Assembly: GCF_009914755.1 (NCBI RefSeq)
Contig: NC_060928.1
DNA: 64,000 nt
Direction: 5' to 3' (one strand)
Source: the human T2T-CHM13v2.0 reference genome, Homo sapiens
The translations under genes and the position numbers were made by a program. Positions 43,430 through 57,725 of this stretch are shown here, in pieces (positions within the stretch are counted from its first letter, which is position 1; each line of letters opens with the position of its first letter). Under the pieces are notes generated by a model. It did not search any database. It was not told the origin of the DNA and saw nothing but the letters and a program-made list of their open reading frames with translations.

Positions 43430-44480
43430 GGCATTCGCCCTCTCAGTCAGGCGCAGCTGGACACCTCGGGTGGGGACCGTGTGGGGAACACGGCTGCGCT
43501 CCGGGCTCCGGGCGGCTCCTTGGCGCCGGCTGGCCGGGTGGGCTTTCCATGGACCCCACGCAAGCTCCCTGCCCGGTGTCTCGGGGGTGTGGGGGTTGGG
43601 GGAGCCGCCGGGGGCGGGGTCCCCGCCTGCCCAGGCCGGACCCATGTCAGCGGACGTCACTGCGGGAAGCGCGGCCGGCGGGGGCGACCCGGGGTCTGCG
43701 CGGCTCTCACCCGGTGGCGCGCCGCAGCCGCAGGCAATTTATCTCCGTCTCCCCGCTCTTAAAACACTTTTATCAAAATTGGCGGTCACACCGCGCTGAA
43801 CCGTGGTGGCCTCAATCTTAAACGCCGCGCTGCAGATTTTAATTTGGGGAAGATTAATGCGCTCGCGGCGTCGGCGGCGCCGCGCCCGTTATCGCGCCTG
43901 ACGGGTGTCAGCGGCCACCGCGCCCCGTGTCCCGCGGGGCAGCCGGAGCCCGGGTGAGTGTCGGGGCCGGCCGGGCCTGCCCTCCGTCCGCTGCAGGCTT
44001 CACGCGTCCTCCCGCCCCCAAGATCTCGCACCCGGGGCTCGGCGTCCAGCCCCTGCGGGCATCTCCACTCCGCTGCTCCAGCTGGGACCCCGGCCCACCC
44101 CGCACGAGCCGTCCCCCGAGGCTGGGACCCCCCCACTCCTGGTCCCACCCGGGTGGCAGCTCCTCCCGGCTCCACCTCCCGGATCTCCCCAGAGGTGCCC
44201 CCAGCCCCGCCGCGCTCCTGCTGTCTGGCTGCGCCTGTCAAGACCCGCAACCCCTCACCCTGACCTCCATTCGCTGTTCTCCACCAAGACGCCAGTCTGG
44301 TCAGCGAGTCTGGTCAGCCTCGCCTCTTCCCTGCGGTGCCTGCAAGGCCTCCGAGCCCTCTGGTCAAGCCCACCCTGCCCGGCTGCTCCTCCACCTCCTC
44401 TTTTGGACCGGGAAGGCTCCTCCTCAGGTGGCCACGCCGGGATCCCCGTCAGGCTCTCGCTGTCACCTGGGCGAGGAGGC
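43430..44480. promoter_or_regulatory. CpG island with GC box and an AT-rich core (43735-43860)
   Basis: Dense CpG (gcgcggccggcg, cgcggcgtcggcggcgccgcgcccg), GGGGCGGGG at ~43611, GACGTCA at 43654; no linked exon recognised. Confidence 0.8.
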
Positions 44481-44667
44481 CTCTCCTGACCTCTGGATTA
44501 AACTCTTGGCCCCCTCCCCCCAATCCGTCTCTGTCCCCTCCTTTGCTTGCGTTTGTTCCCAGCAGCCACTGACATGCCCATGGGATCTGTCATCCCTCTG
44601 TCTCCTACTAGATAGGGGAGGCCCCAGCTCCTGGAGCAAGAGGGCAGGCAGGTGCTAGGAAGATCTG

Positions 44668-45118
44668 CACACCCCCACCTGTCACACTCCCACCTGCCAC
44701 ACCCCCACCGCCACACCCCCACCTGCCACACCCCCCAACTGCCACACCCCCACCTGCCACACCCCTCACCTGCCACGCACCCCCACCTGCCCACTCCCCA
44801 CCTGCCCACCTCCCACCTGCCCACTCCCTACCTGCCACATCCCCACCTGCCACAACCCCCACCTGTTCACTCCCCTCCCCACCTGCCTGGCCCCCACCTG
44901 CCACACACCCCCACCTACCACACTCCCCACCTGCCACACCTCCCACCTGCCACACCCCCACCTGCCACACTCCCACCTGCCACACTCCCACCTGCCATAC
45001 CCCTCACCTGCCACGCACCCCCACCTGCCCACTCCCCACCTGCCCACCTCCCACCTGCCCACTCCCTACCTGCCACATCCCCACCTGCCCACCCCCCACC
45101 TGCCCACCCTGCCACCTG
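44668..45118. repeat. C-rich ~13-15-bp repeat (CCCCACCTGCCACA)
   Basis: About 24 CACCTG by manual count; ~90-bp internal duplication offset by 238 bp. Confidence 0.95.
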
Positions 45119-47149
45119 GAAATGGGATGGCTGCCAGGCCAGGGTGGGCGGGGTGCAAAGGAGATGACAGCCTGGCCTGCAGTGGGTGGAGAAGAAGGGC
45201 CAGGAGGAGGCAGCCACTAGGGTGGAGGACTGGGTGGGTAGGGGGAGGTCAGAAGGTCAAGAGTTGGTGGGGGCACCCTCTTGCGCACTGGCCAGTAAAG
45301 TGGACTGCTCAGGATTCTGGACCCACCCTACCCTCACCCTGGAACAGCAGCACCTGCTGCTGGCAACTCTGCCACCCCGATGACAGCAGGGCCTCCCCAG
45401 TGCTCCCGCACCGCCCCGGCCTTCCTCCCTGTCTCCTCTGGGCGGGAGCCAGCCACAGGCAGCAGGACAGGGGGAGCATCAGGGGACCTCCAGCCCTGAC
45501 CCAGGAGCACAGGCCTGACCGACAAGGCTGGAACTCTCAGCCCAGCAGCTCCATATGGCCAAGTGCCCACCTTCCCTGGCACCACAGAATCCACTCCCGT
45601 GGGACCTCAAAGCATAGCTGCATTTTGTCCTATTATTTAAAAATAGTGAGCATGGGAACCATGCAGCTGAGGTGTACTACTGACTCCCGTCCATTCGTTC
45701 ATTCATTTGTTCAGTGATATTCATTGAATTCTGCTACTGGGGTTGCCTCGGGAGCAGCAAAAAGGCCCTGTCCCTGCCTGTGAGCCCTGGGTGGCAGCAC
45801 ACGGTGACCAGCGCTGAGGAGAAGGGGCAGAAAGCTAGCAGTGCAGGGCTCCGGGCGGGTGGGAGGAAAAGGTGCCCCGGGCAGAGGGCACTGCGGGCAC
45901 CAGCAGTAGGTGGTGGGGCAGCCACGGGGCTGAGGGGCTCTGGAGGCTGCTGGGCTGAGCAGGGAAGATGAGAGGCCCTGGGGGGCATGAGGCTGGGCCA
46001 TGGAGAGGATGGGAAGGGTAGCATCCACACAGAGAAGAACATGCCCAAAGTGGCCTTTGCTGAGGCTGCTCTGGCTGTGGGGTGGAAGCAGGTGGGACAG
46101 TGAGAGGCCATGCAGAGGCCCCTTCATTGGTTTAGGCCTGGCCCAGGGTGTGCAGATGGGAGAGCTGTTCACCATGAAATGGTGCCCTGGTGATGGAGGG
46201 GTGAGGGACGGGGGAGGACTCTTAACTGCTGGCCTGAGTGCAGGAGCTTGGGGAGTACTTTGCCAGGATTGGGGCAAGTGAGGGGGAAGGGCAGGCATCC
46301 AGGCCTGGGCATATTCCACTGGGCAGGCGTGGGCAGGACCGTCTCATCCCCCAGTGTCCCTAGAGGTGCAGGAGGGACCCACCAGGGGAGCCAGGCATGT
46401 GCTCTTCACCTGGCTGGGCACCAGCAGGGAAGGCAGGAGGTACCAGAGCAAGAAGCCAGATCTGCAGGGTACAGGACAGCCCCAGAGGACTACCTTCACG
46501 GATGGAGGGAGGGCAGAGCTTCCCCAGGTGGGCCCAGCAGAGCGGGTGGGCCATGGCCTGAATGCACCCGGCCGCTGCTCACAGTCAAGATGCCTGGCAC
46601 TTGCAGATACCCCCAGCCCTGCCCAGGGGTCCAGAGAGGGCTTCCTGGGGGAGGATGCCTGTGAAGGAGAGGGAGCTCACCAGAGTAAGAACTGGGGAAA
46701 GGATGTCTAGGGGCAAGGACAGGAAGGTCAAAGGCAAGGAAGGACGAAAGCAACACGCTGGCATGACTGCTATTGGAGGGCGAGGGCACACAGGGTGCGG
46801 AGGTGGTGCAGGAGCTGTTGGGGCTTCAGCCTGTGCTGAAGGCTGAGCTTTACCGTGAAGTGACAGGAGCCACTGAGGGCATCAAGCAGGGTGACTGGTC
46901 ACATCCGTGGCTTAGGACCCCCTGCTGGTGTGTGTCAGGAGAGAAGGTGGGGGCAGCCTCATGGGGAGGTCACATAAAGCCAGATTCACACCTTGTTGCT
47001 CCTTGGCTCTCAGCTTCTGATGCCTCTTGTGTTACCCAGGGAAGGGATCAAGACCTTCTATGGTCCTGAGACCATGTCCCGTGCTCACCCCCCCAGTCAC
47101 CTGGCCCCCGGGCTGCTTCTCTAACAGTCCTCGAAGCTCCACATCACAC

Positions 47150-47415
47150 TGCCCTCACCTCCTCAGGCTGAGGCTGTAATGCTGCCCCTGTACCCCACCA
47201 GCTTTCAGCACCTGGCCCCTTTCCCTGCACTATTTTTTTCATAGTGTGTATTGACAAGACATGCTACATGTTTTCCAAATTTACGTTTTATTATCTATCT
47301 TGCCTACCAGCCTCACCTAAGGATGTGAAAAACCTGAGGGCTCCAAGCCCTGCCTGTCCTGTTCTGTGCTCAGCTCTGACATGTGGCAGGCACTCAGTGT
47401 GCACTTGCTGAGAGG
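47150..47415 (+). mobile_element. L2 3' end
   Basis: ccctgcactattttttcatag...tgacatgtggcaggcactcagtgtgcacttgctgag resembles the L2 terminus. Confidence 0.6.
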
Positions 47416-48708
47416 ATGAGAGGGTGGGTGGAAGGATGGATGATGAACAGGCGAATGGTGAGTGGATAGATGGGTGGGGAATGGATGGATGGTGGGTGGA
47501 TGGATGGGGTGGGTGGATGGGGAATGGATGGGTGCATTGGTAGGTTGGTGGATGAATGGATAATGGATCAGTGGTGTGTGGATGGGTGGATGAATGTATA
47601 ACTGATGGACTGATTGATAGGTAGATGAATGGATAGATGGATGATGAATTGGTGGATGATGTATAGATGATGGGTGAATGATGGATGGGTGGATTGATAG
47701 GTAAATAGATGGATGGGTAGGTGATGGCTGAGTGGATGAATGGATGGATGAATGGATGGAAGGATGATGGATGGGTGGGTAGATGGCTGGATGTGTGGAT
47801 GGATGTATAGATGATGGAAGAATGATGGATTGATTGATAGGTAGATGAATGGATAGATGGATGATGATTTGGTAGATTATGTATAGATGATGGATGAATG
47901 ATGTATGGGTGGACTGATAAGTAAATAGATGGATGGATAGGTGGTGGCTGGGTGGATGAATAGATGGGTGGATGATGGATGGGTGGGTGGATGGATGATA
48001 GATGAGTGGATAGATGGGTGGGTGGATAGATAGATGGATGGGTGGTGGGTGGGAGAGTGGATGGATAATAGATATATGAGTGGCTGGTGAGTAGATGGAT
48101 ATATAGATGATGGATGAATGATGATGGATGGATTGATAGGTAAATTGGTGGATGGATGGATGGATGGATGGATGGATGGATGGATGGTTGGGTGGGTGAG
48201 TGGGTCAGTGGATGGATTGGTGGTGGGTGGCTGGGTGGGTAGATGGCTGAATGAATGATGGATGGGTAGATGGATGGATGGTGGACAGATGACACATGGA
48301 TGGATGGATGGGTGGGTGGGCGGATGACGCATGGGTGCTGAATAGTTGGGTGGGTTGGTGGGCAGATGGATGAGTGAATGATGGGTGGGTGGGTGGATAG
48401 ATTGATGGGTGGGTTGGTGGCTGGGTGGGTGAGTGGATGGGTAGATGGATGAGTGGATGGATGGATGTATGGGTGAATGATAAATGGGTGGGTGGATGGT
48501 TGGGTGGGTTGGTGGGTGAGTGGGTGGGTAGATGGATGATGGATGTGTGCTGGATGGTTGGGTGGATTAGGGGGTGAATGGATGGGTAGGTGAATGGGTC
48601 ACTGGGTGAGTGGATGGATGAATGGATGGGAAGATGGATGGATGGTTGAGTGGATGACGGATGGGTGGGTGGATGGATGGTTGCATGTGTGGATGGGTGG
48701 GTGGGGAG
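47413..48708 (+). repeat. (GGAT/GGGT)n degenerate tetranucleotide block, ~1.3 kb
   Basis: TGGA/TGGG/TGAA/TAGA tetramers; a 220-bp-offset duplication (47611 vs 47831). Confidence 0.96.
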
Positions 48709-50649
48709 GTATCTATTCCCAGTTTCCCTGAAAGGTTCTCAGGGCCCATCCTTCCTTCTTGCACAATCAAGATCCATGTTTTCCTTGATGTCAAGGAAGG
48801 ACAGTAACTGATGACTCCTCCCTAGCCCCATTATGGCCTGGCTCAGAGAAGAGGCACCAGCAAGATGGGCTTCCTGGCTCAGTGGAATTGGGAACCTTCA
48901 ACTCACAGAAGAAGGCTCAGGTCCTTTGCCAGGAGTCAGTCCCATTGGCCTCATATCTCTCTCCCTCCCTCCCCTGCCCAGGCTGCTTGGCATGGCCCAT
49001 ATGCGCAGAGCCCTCAGTCTGGGCAGACACCTTTTCCTGAGCATGAGACCCACACCTGGAGGCCTTGTCTAGCCTCTGCCCACTGGCCCATCCGTGCCCC
49101 TCCAGGGGCTCTTAGAGGGGACGGAGTCAATACCAACATAGCCGGGTGACTTGGAGCCCAAGTGAGAGTTTCTCTGGGGCAGAAATACCCCCGCCCCAGC
49201 AGGACTCACCAGGTCCAGCTTTCCCTCAACCTCTCCCGAGGGGCCCAGGGAGCCTGGCCTCAGGGGCCACCTGCATGGCTGGTGAGATGTGTGGGGTACA
49301 GTGCAGTGTCCAGGTGATCCTGGTGGGCCCTCCTGACCTCCCCGGGTAGAGATTTGCACAAGCATGGCGGTGGGTCCTACCAGAACCAGTGAGGCCGTGG
49401 GCGGGTCCACCTGGGGAATGCAGGGTGAGCATTTTTTTGCCCAGGCTGGGTTTTTCTAGGTGTTCCTCCTGAATTCTGTCTTCTTTCTGCTTCCCTTGGG
49501 GAAGACGGCTTGGGCTATTCCCTCTCCTGGCTGGCTCTGGCTGGGTCAGCCACTCTGTGTCCCCATTGCTCACTGTCACTTGCTCTGAGGACCCTCTTTG
49601 CCATGACTCTGGAGGCCGGCCTGGGCCTGTATGAATCACTCTCTGGCTCCTTGTGTGGCCGGGAGAGGCCCATGCGGTCCCCAGGGCCCGGGAGACTGTT
49701 CAGCGGCCTCCTTCCCTCTGTGTGATTATGGAGTTCACAGACCAGTTGAGTGAATAGTTGGCCATGCCCGAGGCCTCAGCTTGCTCCTCCACAGTGCGGG
49801 TTCGATCCCAGGCCTCAGCTTGCTCCTCCACAGTGCAGGGCCCATCAGTAGGATTCTTGGTCTCAAATCACAGACACCACAGCTGTCTTGGGTCCCAGGT
49901 GATTATTGGAAGGGATGGTGCAAAAGGTGGGCAGCAGGCTGGGCTTGGATGGTCTGGGTCCCCAGCACTTCAGGGTCCATCTATCTGGCCTGGCTGCTGT
50001 TGCAATTTTACCAGGAACTGGTAGGGCACATCTAATTGAAGGAGATTAGTGCCCCCTGGGCACAGCCAGGGTGGGGGCACCAGGCCTCCAAGGTGGAAGG
50101 AGGATTGTTGGAAGTTGCTCTCATCCGGCACAGGAAAGGCTCTTTCCCCATGAACCCAGGTGGCTGCTGGGAGGAGGCAATGGCATCCAAGGGCTCCCTG
50201 GCCCTGGCACCCGGGCCTGATTCTCAGGCCTTCACACTCGGAACTCAGAAGGGACCCCTGCCCCACCTCCACCCCCACCGAAGGCCACCAAGATGCTTAT
50301 GTTGGGAAAATGACGTCCAGCAAGAACCATGGGAGTCATACATGGACTTAACTTGGTGGAGAAAGCCCATTTGTGTCTTCCAAGATTATTCATGAAATCC
50401 CTACATACAATTTAAGAACCTAATAACTCATTAGAAGTGTAACAAATAATAGACTTGTAGGCTCAGCTAAAGCCCTTGACAGCTTAGCTCCCCTAGCCTG
50501 CCAAGAGCCAAGGGGTTGGGGCAGAGATGGCCCCGTCCCCTCATCAGAAGGCAAGGCCACCTTCAGAGTGGGGAGTTACCAAGTGTGGCAGAATCAGGCT
50601 CAGTGAAATGAATTCGGCATCTTTCAGGGAACAGAATCATTGAGCTTAC

Positions 50650-50850
50650 AGACTAAATTTAACAGCCTAATAGAAATATGCAGGTGAAGGTACAATTAAT
50701 TTTAATTACTAGACTATACATTGTTGGTTGCACAGCCATGAGTAAAATTAAAATGGCAATCACAATTAGAAAATTGCAACCTCATTGTGCAACAAATTAG
50801 TCACAAATTAAAAGTGCGGGGCCATTATGCCTTTCCTTATTGCTTTAGCT
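50650..50850. promoter_or_regulatory. Candidate enhancer (AT-rich island with homeodomain and SOX motifs)
   Basis: caattaattttaattac, CATTGTT (50719), CATTGTG (50783), repeated CAATTA/AAATTA. Confidence 0.55.
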
Positions 50851-52432
50851 CCGTTCCTGCTCCAGGCGGCCTTTGTCCCTCAGGCCCATCCTCTGCCTGG
50901 GAATTTATCTCAGCTGAGATTACTGGCGCCATCCCAGGAGCATCTGCAGGAGCGGGAAGGGGGACTTCCTGTCACCATAGCCTGGGGCTGATTTCCCTTG
51001 GTGCTGGCTGTGTAGGGGCGAGGAGGACGTGTGAATTCACAGGGCAGCCTGGGAACCTAGCCCAGGTAAGGACGGGACCCCTCCCTAGGCCAACACCCCC
51101 TGGAAAGGCATGCAGCTGAGCCTCCACCCAAGGCCGACTCTTCACCCTTCCCTTCCAGGGCTCTTGTCCACAGAAGTGCTTGGCTTCCCCATCAGGAGCA
51201 GGGCTCTAAGGATGCCCTTTCAGGGGGCACAGCCTTGTCAAGGAGGGAGCCTACCTGGGTGGCTGCCAGCCCCAGCAGAGGAGGAAGGGACAGTTTAAGG
51301 CTGCCTTCAATGTCCTCCATGGCTTGGGGATGGATGGGGGTGCCCATTTAGAAAAAGAAGGAGCCACTGGTGAAAGGGAAGCCATCAGCCAATGGACCCC
51401 CCTCCTGGCTGCTGGCTCTGCCATCATCCACTTTCCAATCAGTCCCTATTTAGGGCACCTCTTACCCACCTAGGCCTGAGAGAACGGGTGGCATAGGGCC
51501 TACGGAGAGTCTTCAGAGACTGGCTCCTAACTTCAGGGCAGATGTGGCCTTGCTCTGCCAGAGAAGCTGCCAGACAAGCTCCAAACTGCCCCCAAACCCA
51601 ATCCCAACCTCCAGGAGGGGACTGCCCCTGCCTTCAGTGGAATAGAGAAGAGTGGAATCTGCACGGACCAGCACGTGCCCGTCTCCAGCGCCGATGCTGT
51701 AATGGGTGGACCCAGATGGTGACCTGGAGGGGGTGCTGCAGCCAGGTAGTGCTCATTCCTGTGAGTATCCAGTGTGGGCAGAGAGCCATGAGGGGGATCC
51801 CAGGTAGAGATCACATGGGGGCGTCGTGTTGCCTGGTCTGTTCCAGAGGCCTGTCAGTCCTGCTGCCGTGGGCTGCACCTCTCCATGCCTGTCACTGATG
51901 CTTGACACTAGCTCCCACTTCCAGCTGCTCTCCTCTGGCCAAGATTTTGAATCTGTTGGGGTGAGCTGACTCATGGCCCCTCACATGGCTTGTTCCATTC
52001 TACCCCAGGCTAGACTATGGGTGTCTGCGATGTGATCACAGTCCCAGTTGGCAGAGAGAGGGGGTGAGTTAACAGACTGCAGACAGGAAGAGGGAAGAGT
52101 TTATTCTTCCAAGGAGCTACTAGCACGTTATTTGTGCCAGTATGTACCAGGACCCCAGCAGCAATGGGGCAGCCATGGTCCATGCCCTCCCAAAGATGCC
52201 AATCCCCAGCCAGAAGGCACTGGGGCTGCCCCTGGGAGCAACACTGTGTGGGAAACACAGAAATGCCCAAGGTAGAGGGCTTCCCTGTGTTGGAAGCTCA
52301 CAATACAGTGGTCCAGCTGCTGCTGGGTTCTCCACCCAGCTGGTCCATCTAATCAGCAAGTGACAGAAACAGCCTAGTTTTATCATCTTTGTGTTTTCTT
52401 CTCCTTCATAGAATCATTTGTTCATTGACTGT

Positions 52433-52794
52433 TGTCTTAGTCCTGCTATAACAAAATATCACAGACTGGGCAATTTATAAATAACAGAAATTCACTTTCC
52501 ACAGTTCTGGGGGCTGGGAAGTCCAAGATCAAGCATCAGCAGGTTTGATGTCCGGTGAGGGCTGCTCTCTGCTCACAAAATGGCCCTCTGTTGCTGGGTC
52601 CTCACATGGTGGAAGAACAGAATAGAGCAAAACCACTCCCTCAATCCCTCTTATAATATAAGGGCCCTAATCCCATCCATGAGGGCTCCATCCTCCTGAT
52701 TTAATCCCCTCATAAAGACCCTACCTCTTAATACAATTGCATTGGTGACTAAGTTTCAACACAAGAATTTTGCAGTCACATTCAGAACATAGCA
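52433..52794 (-). mobile_element. MaLR solo LTR (MSTD/MLT1A-like)
   Basis: tgtcttagtc...cacagttctgggggctgggaagtccaagatcaag...cacattcagaacatagca; TSD actgt/cctgt. Confidence 0.88.
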
Positions 52795-53282
52795 CCTGTC
52801 TTTGCTCCTAGCCCATACCCTCCATGGGTAGGGGGGGTCATTCAGTCTTGATTCCTACTGGACCCAGCCACCCAGGCTACACACACACCAGGTAGCCACA
52901 AGGAAACCCACTGGGGGTGGCAAAGCCCCAGGGCTGGCCACAGGGTGGGCTTGATGGATGAGGGCAGGAAGCTGTCACCAGGGCCAGGGAAAGGGGAGGC
53001 TACCCTGTAGGAGCTGGCCTTTGGCAAAAGTTTCCTGCCACCCAGTGTAGAAGGGGGTGAGAGAGAAACACGCACAATACTGAATGTGGTTGTTGTGGCT
53101 GTTGATGGATGAACTAATGCAAAGTCTGAACTTCAGCTCGTACTGTATTAATTGTTGTAGCTTTACAATAAGTCTTGAAGTCAGGTAGTGTAAGTCTTCC
53201 CATTTTGAACTTATTTTACAAAGTTATTTTGACTATTTTAGATTCTTTGAATCAGCTTGTCAATTTCCACCAAAAAAATGCT

Positions 53283-53594
<312 letters not shown>

Positions 53595-53928
53595 TTAGAT
53601 GTCATTGAATCCATGGATGAATTCAAAGATAATTGACAACTTACAATATTGAGTCTTCTGATCCATGAATATGGTATATCTCTTCATTTATTTAGGCCTT
53701 CCATGATTTCTCTAGGCAATGTTTTACATTAATAGTTTTCAGTGTACAGCTCCTATGCACATTTTGTCAGACTTATTCCTATGCATCTCATATTTTTTGT
53801 GGCATTGTAAATACTATTTAAAATTTTTAATTGCCAATTTTTTGTTGCTAGTATATAGAAATACAATTGACTTTCATATAATAATCTTGTATCCAGCAAC
53901 CTTGCAAAACTCACTTAAGTATTGGCTC

Positions 53929-54229
53929 TGTTTTTGTTTTTGTTTTCCTAAGGTGAGATCTTCCTCTATTGCCCAGGCTGGAGTGCAGTAGTGCAGACTT
54001 ACTGCAGCCACCACCTCCTGGGCTCAAGTGATCCTCTCACCTCAGCCTCCCACACAGCTGGGACCACAGGTACATGCTACCGTGCACAGCTATTTTTAAA
54101 ATCTTTTTTTTGTAGACATAGGGTTTTGCCATGTTGCCCAGGCTGGTCTCAAACTCCTGGGCTTAAGCAATCTTCCTGCCTCAGCCTCTCAAAGTGTTGG
54201 GATTACAGGTGTGAGCCACCATACCCAAC
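53929..54229 (-). mobile_element. AluJ
   Basis: gcccaggctggagtgcagt...ctcctgggctcaagtgatcctctc...gtgagccacc. Confidence 0.9.
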
Positions 54230-57021
54230 AAAGTATTATTTCTATTAGCCTTTGTATATTCCATATCTTTTTTGGTAGATTCCATAGGATTTTCTGTGTA
54301 GATGATCATGCTCTGTATGAATAAAGTATTACTTATTCCTTTCCAGTATGGGTGCTTTTTATTTTTGCCTTATTGCATTGGCTAGAATACCTGGCACAAT
54401 GTTGAATAGAAGGTTAAGAACAAACATCCTTGCCTTTTTCCTAACCTTAGGGAGAAAGCATTCTGTCTTTCACCATTCAGCGGTATTAGCTGTGGGTTTT
54501 TCAGAGATGTCCTTTCTCAAGTTGAGGAAGTTCTCTTCTACTCCTATTTTGCTAAGTTTTATCTTTTTAAAATCAGAAACAATTGTTGGATTTTGTCAAA
54601 TGATTTTTCTGTATCTAAATAGTCATAAGGTTTTTCTTTTTAGGCTGTTAATATGGTGAATTACATTGATTGATTTTTTAAATATTAAACTAACTTTGCA
54701 TTCCACAGATAAACCCCACTTGATCATGATGTATTATCCTTTAACAATATTGTTGGATTCTATTTGCTAAAATCTAAGAATTTTGCATTTATGTTCATAA
54801 TGGATGTTGGTACGTAGTTTTCTTTAATGTCATTTTTTTTGCCTGGTTTTGGCATCAGGGTAATGCTTGTCTCATTCAGTGAATTAGAAATTATTTCCTT
54901 CTCTTCAATTTTCTGGAAGAGTTTGTATACAATTGGTATTATTTCTTCCTTAAAACCTATTTGGTCTTGAAGTTTTCTTTTGGGAAGATTTTTAGCTACA
55001 AATTCAATCTTTAATAGCTAAAGGACTATCCATATTTAAAATTTCTTCTTGAATGAGGTTTGATAGTTTGTATCTTCTGAGAAATTTGTCCATTTCATCT
55101 AAATTGTTAAATTCATTGGCATAAACTGTCTACAATGTTCTATTATCCTTTTCATACATGTAGAATCTAAAATGATGTCACCTTTTTAATGTCCTGAAAT
55201 TGGTCATCTGTGTCTTCTCATTTTTATTCCTGATTAGCCTGGATCATCAATATTATTAATCTTCTCAAAGAACCAACTTTTGGTTTCATTGATTTTCCTC
55301 TATTACTTTTCTGTTTTCTATTTTATCAATTTCCACTTAATGGTTATAATTTTATTTCTTCTGTTTGAGTTTTATTTGCTTTTTTCTTTCCTGGTTTTGT
55401 AAGGTGGAAGCTGAGATCATTGATTTAAGATCTTTCTTTTTTCCTAATATGAATGTTTAGTGCTATAAATTTCCCTCTAAGTACTACATTGCTTTAGCAG
55501 CATCCAAAAATTTTTGACATGTTATATGTTCCTTTTCACTCAGTTCACAATACTTTCTCATTCTCTTTTTTATTTCTTCTTTGATCAAGGGGCTATTTGG
55601 AGGTGGGTTATTTAGTTTTCGTATATTTGGAAAATTTTCAGATATTTGTGTTATTGATCTTTAGTTTAATTCCATTGTGGTTGTACAACATATGTATGTT
55701 ATATATTGCATGACTTGAATACTTTTAAGTTTATTGAGACTTATTTTCTGGTGCAGAATATGGTGTTTCTTGATAAATGTTCCTTGTGAACTTGAAAGGA
55801 TAGAACTCGTACTGTCATTGGCCAGAGTATTCTGTACATCAATGAGATCAAATTGGTTGATAGCATTTAAATCTTCTGTAGTCTTGGTGGTATTCTCCCT
55901 ACTTGTCCTATCAATTATTGAGAGAAGGATGTTGAAATCTCTGACTATATCAGTGGGCTTGTCTATGTTTTCTTGTGATTTTCTCAGTTTTTAGTTAATG
56001 TATTTTGTAGGTCCCTTGTTGGGTGCATAAATATTTAGAATCTTTTGTCCTCTTGATAAATTAACACTTTAGCATTTTAAAATGACCCTCATATCCCTGG
56101 TAATATTCTACACTCTGAAATCTACTTTGTCTGATATTAATATGGCCCCTCCAGATTTATTTTGATTAGTATTAACATGATTTATTTTTTCCATCCTTTT
56201 ACTTTTAATCAATTTGTGTCTTTAAAGTGAGTTTCTCATAAGAAGCATATAGTTGGGTCTTGACATTTTTACCGAATCAGAAAATTTCTGCCTTCTAATT
56301 GGAGTGTTTAGGCAATTTGCATTTGATGTAAATATTAATCTATCTGGATTTAATATATGGTTTTGCTTTTTGTTTCTCATTTGTCCCACCTATCCTTTGT
56401 TCCTTTGTTTTCTTTCTGTCTTCCTTTGGATTCAGGAAGTTTTCCTACAGGTCACCGGTGCCCTTTTCACTGCTCCCCTTGGGTTCCCCCTCCCTGTACC
56501 ATGGTCTGGAAATTTCTCAAGGCAGTAAACTGGGGAAATCCTAGGGTTTGCCTCATTTTTTCCTTGTCTCATTTTTTATGATTTCATTTTCTCTCCTTTT
56601 GCTGTATTAACTATAGTTGTTTGTTTTCTTATTTTAGTGGTTGCTTTAGGTTTTAGAGTATACCTCTTTAATTTGTCGTGGTCTGCTTTCAAGTGATATT
56701 ATAGTGTGGCATAGACAGCATATGAACTTACACTGACATACTTCAATTTCCCCCTTCCTGGTCTTGGTGCTGTTGTCATACATTTTACTTCTACACATGT
56801 TATAAACCCCACAATATATTTTGCTTTTACTTTTTTGCTTGAAACAGAAAATTGTCACAGCTGCCATTTCTGATGCTCTTTATTCTTCTGTGTATTCACC
56901 TGTTATCATTTTCCTTCTGTTGAGTAAGATCCTTTAACACTTCCTGTAGTGTGAATCTCCTGGTGATTAATTCTTTCGGCTTTCCTTATGTCTGAAAAAT
57001 TCTTTATTTTGCCTTTGTTTT

Positions 57022-57366
<345 letters not shown>

Positions 57367-57725
57367 TGAAAGATATTTTCCACTGTGTAAAGAATATTAG
57401 GTTGACAGTGTTTTTTTTTTCCTTCAGCACCTTAAAAATGTTGTTCCATTCTCTCCCAGCTTGCATTGTTTCCAATTAGAAATCTGCTGTCACCCTCATC
57501 TTTGTTTCTTTGCACATTGTGTGTGTGTGTGTGTGTGTGACAGTCTAGCTGCTTTTAAGATTTTCCCTTTATCACTGGTTTTAATGAACCATGCTTGATA
57601 TTTGTTGAGTTTCTTAGACCTGTAGATTTATAGTTTTCATCTTATTTGGAAAAGTTTTGGCCATGATTTCTTGAAGTATTTTTTCTGTCCTCCCTCCCCC
57701 TTGAAGAGCTCCAATCACACATATA

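Noticed and set aside
43404-44658. Coding first exon in the CpG island
   Set aside because: ORFs overlap in all frames, show no domain, and no downstream exons are identifiable.
47291-48332. His/Pro/Ser-rich 334-aa ORF
   Set aside because: Reverse translation of the GGAT repeat.
49790-49815. tRNA gene
   Set aside because: Only a T-loop/B-box-like 12-mer; no acceptor, D or anticodon arms.
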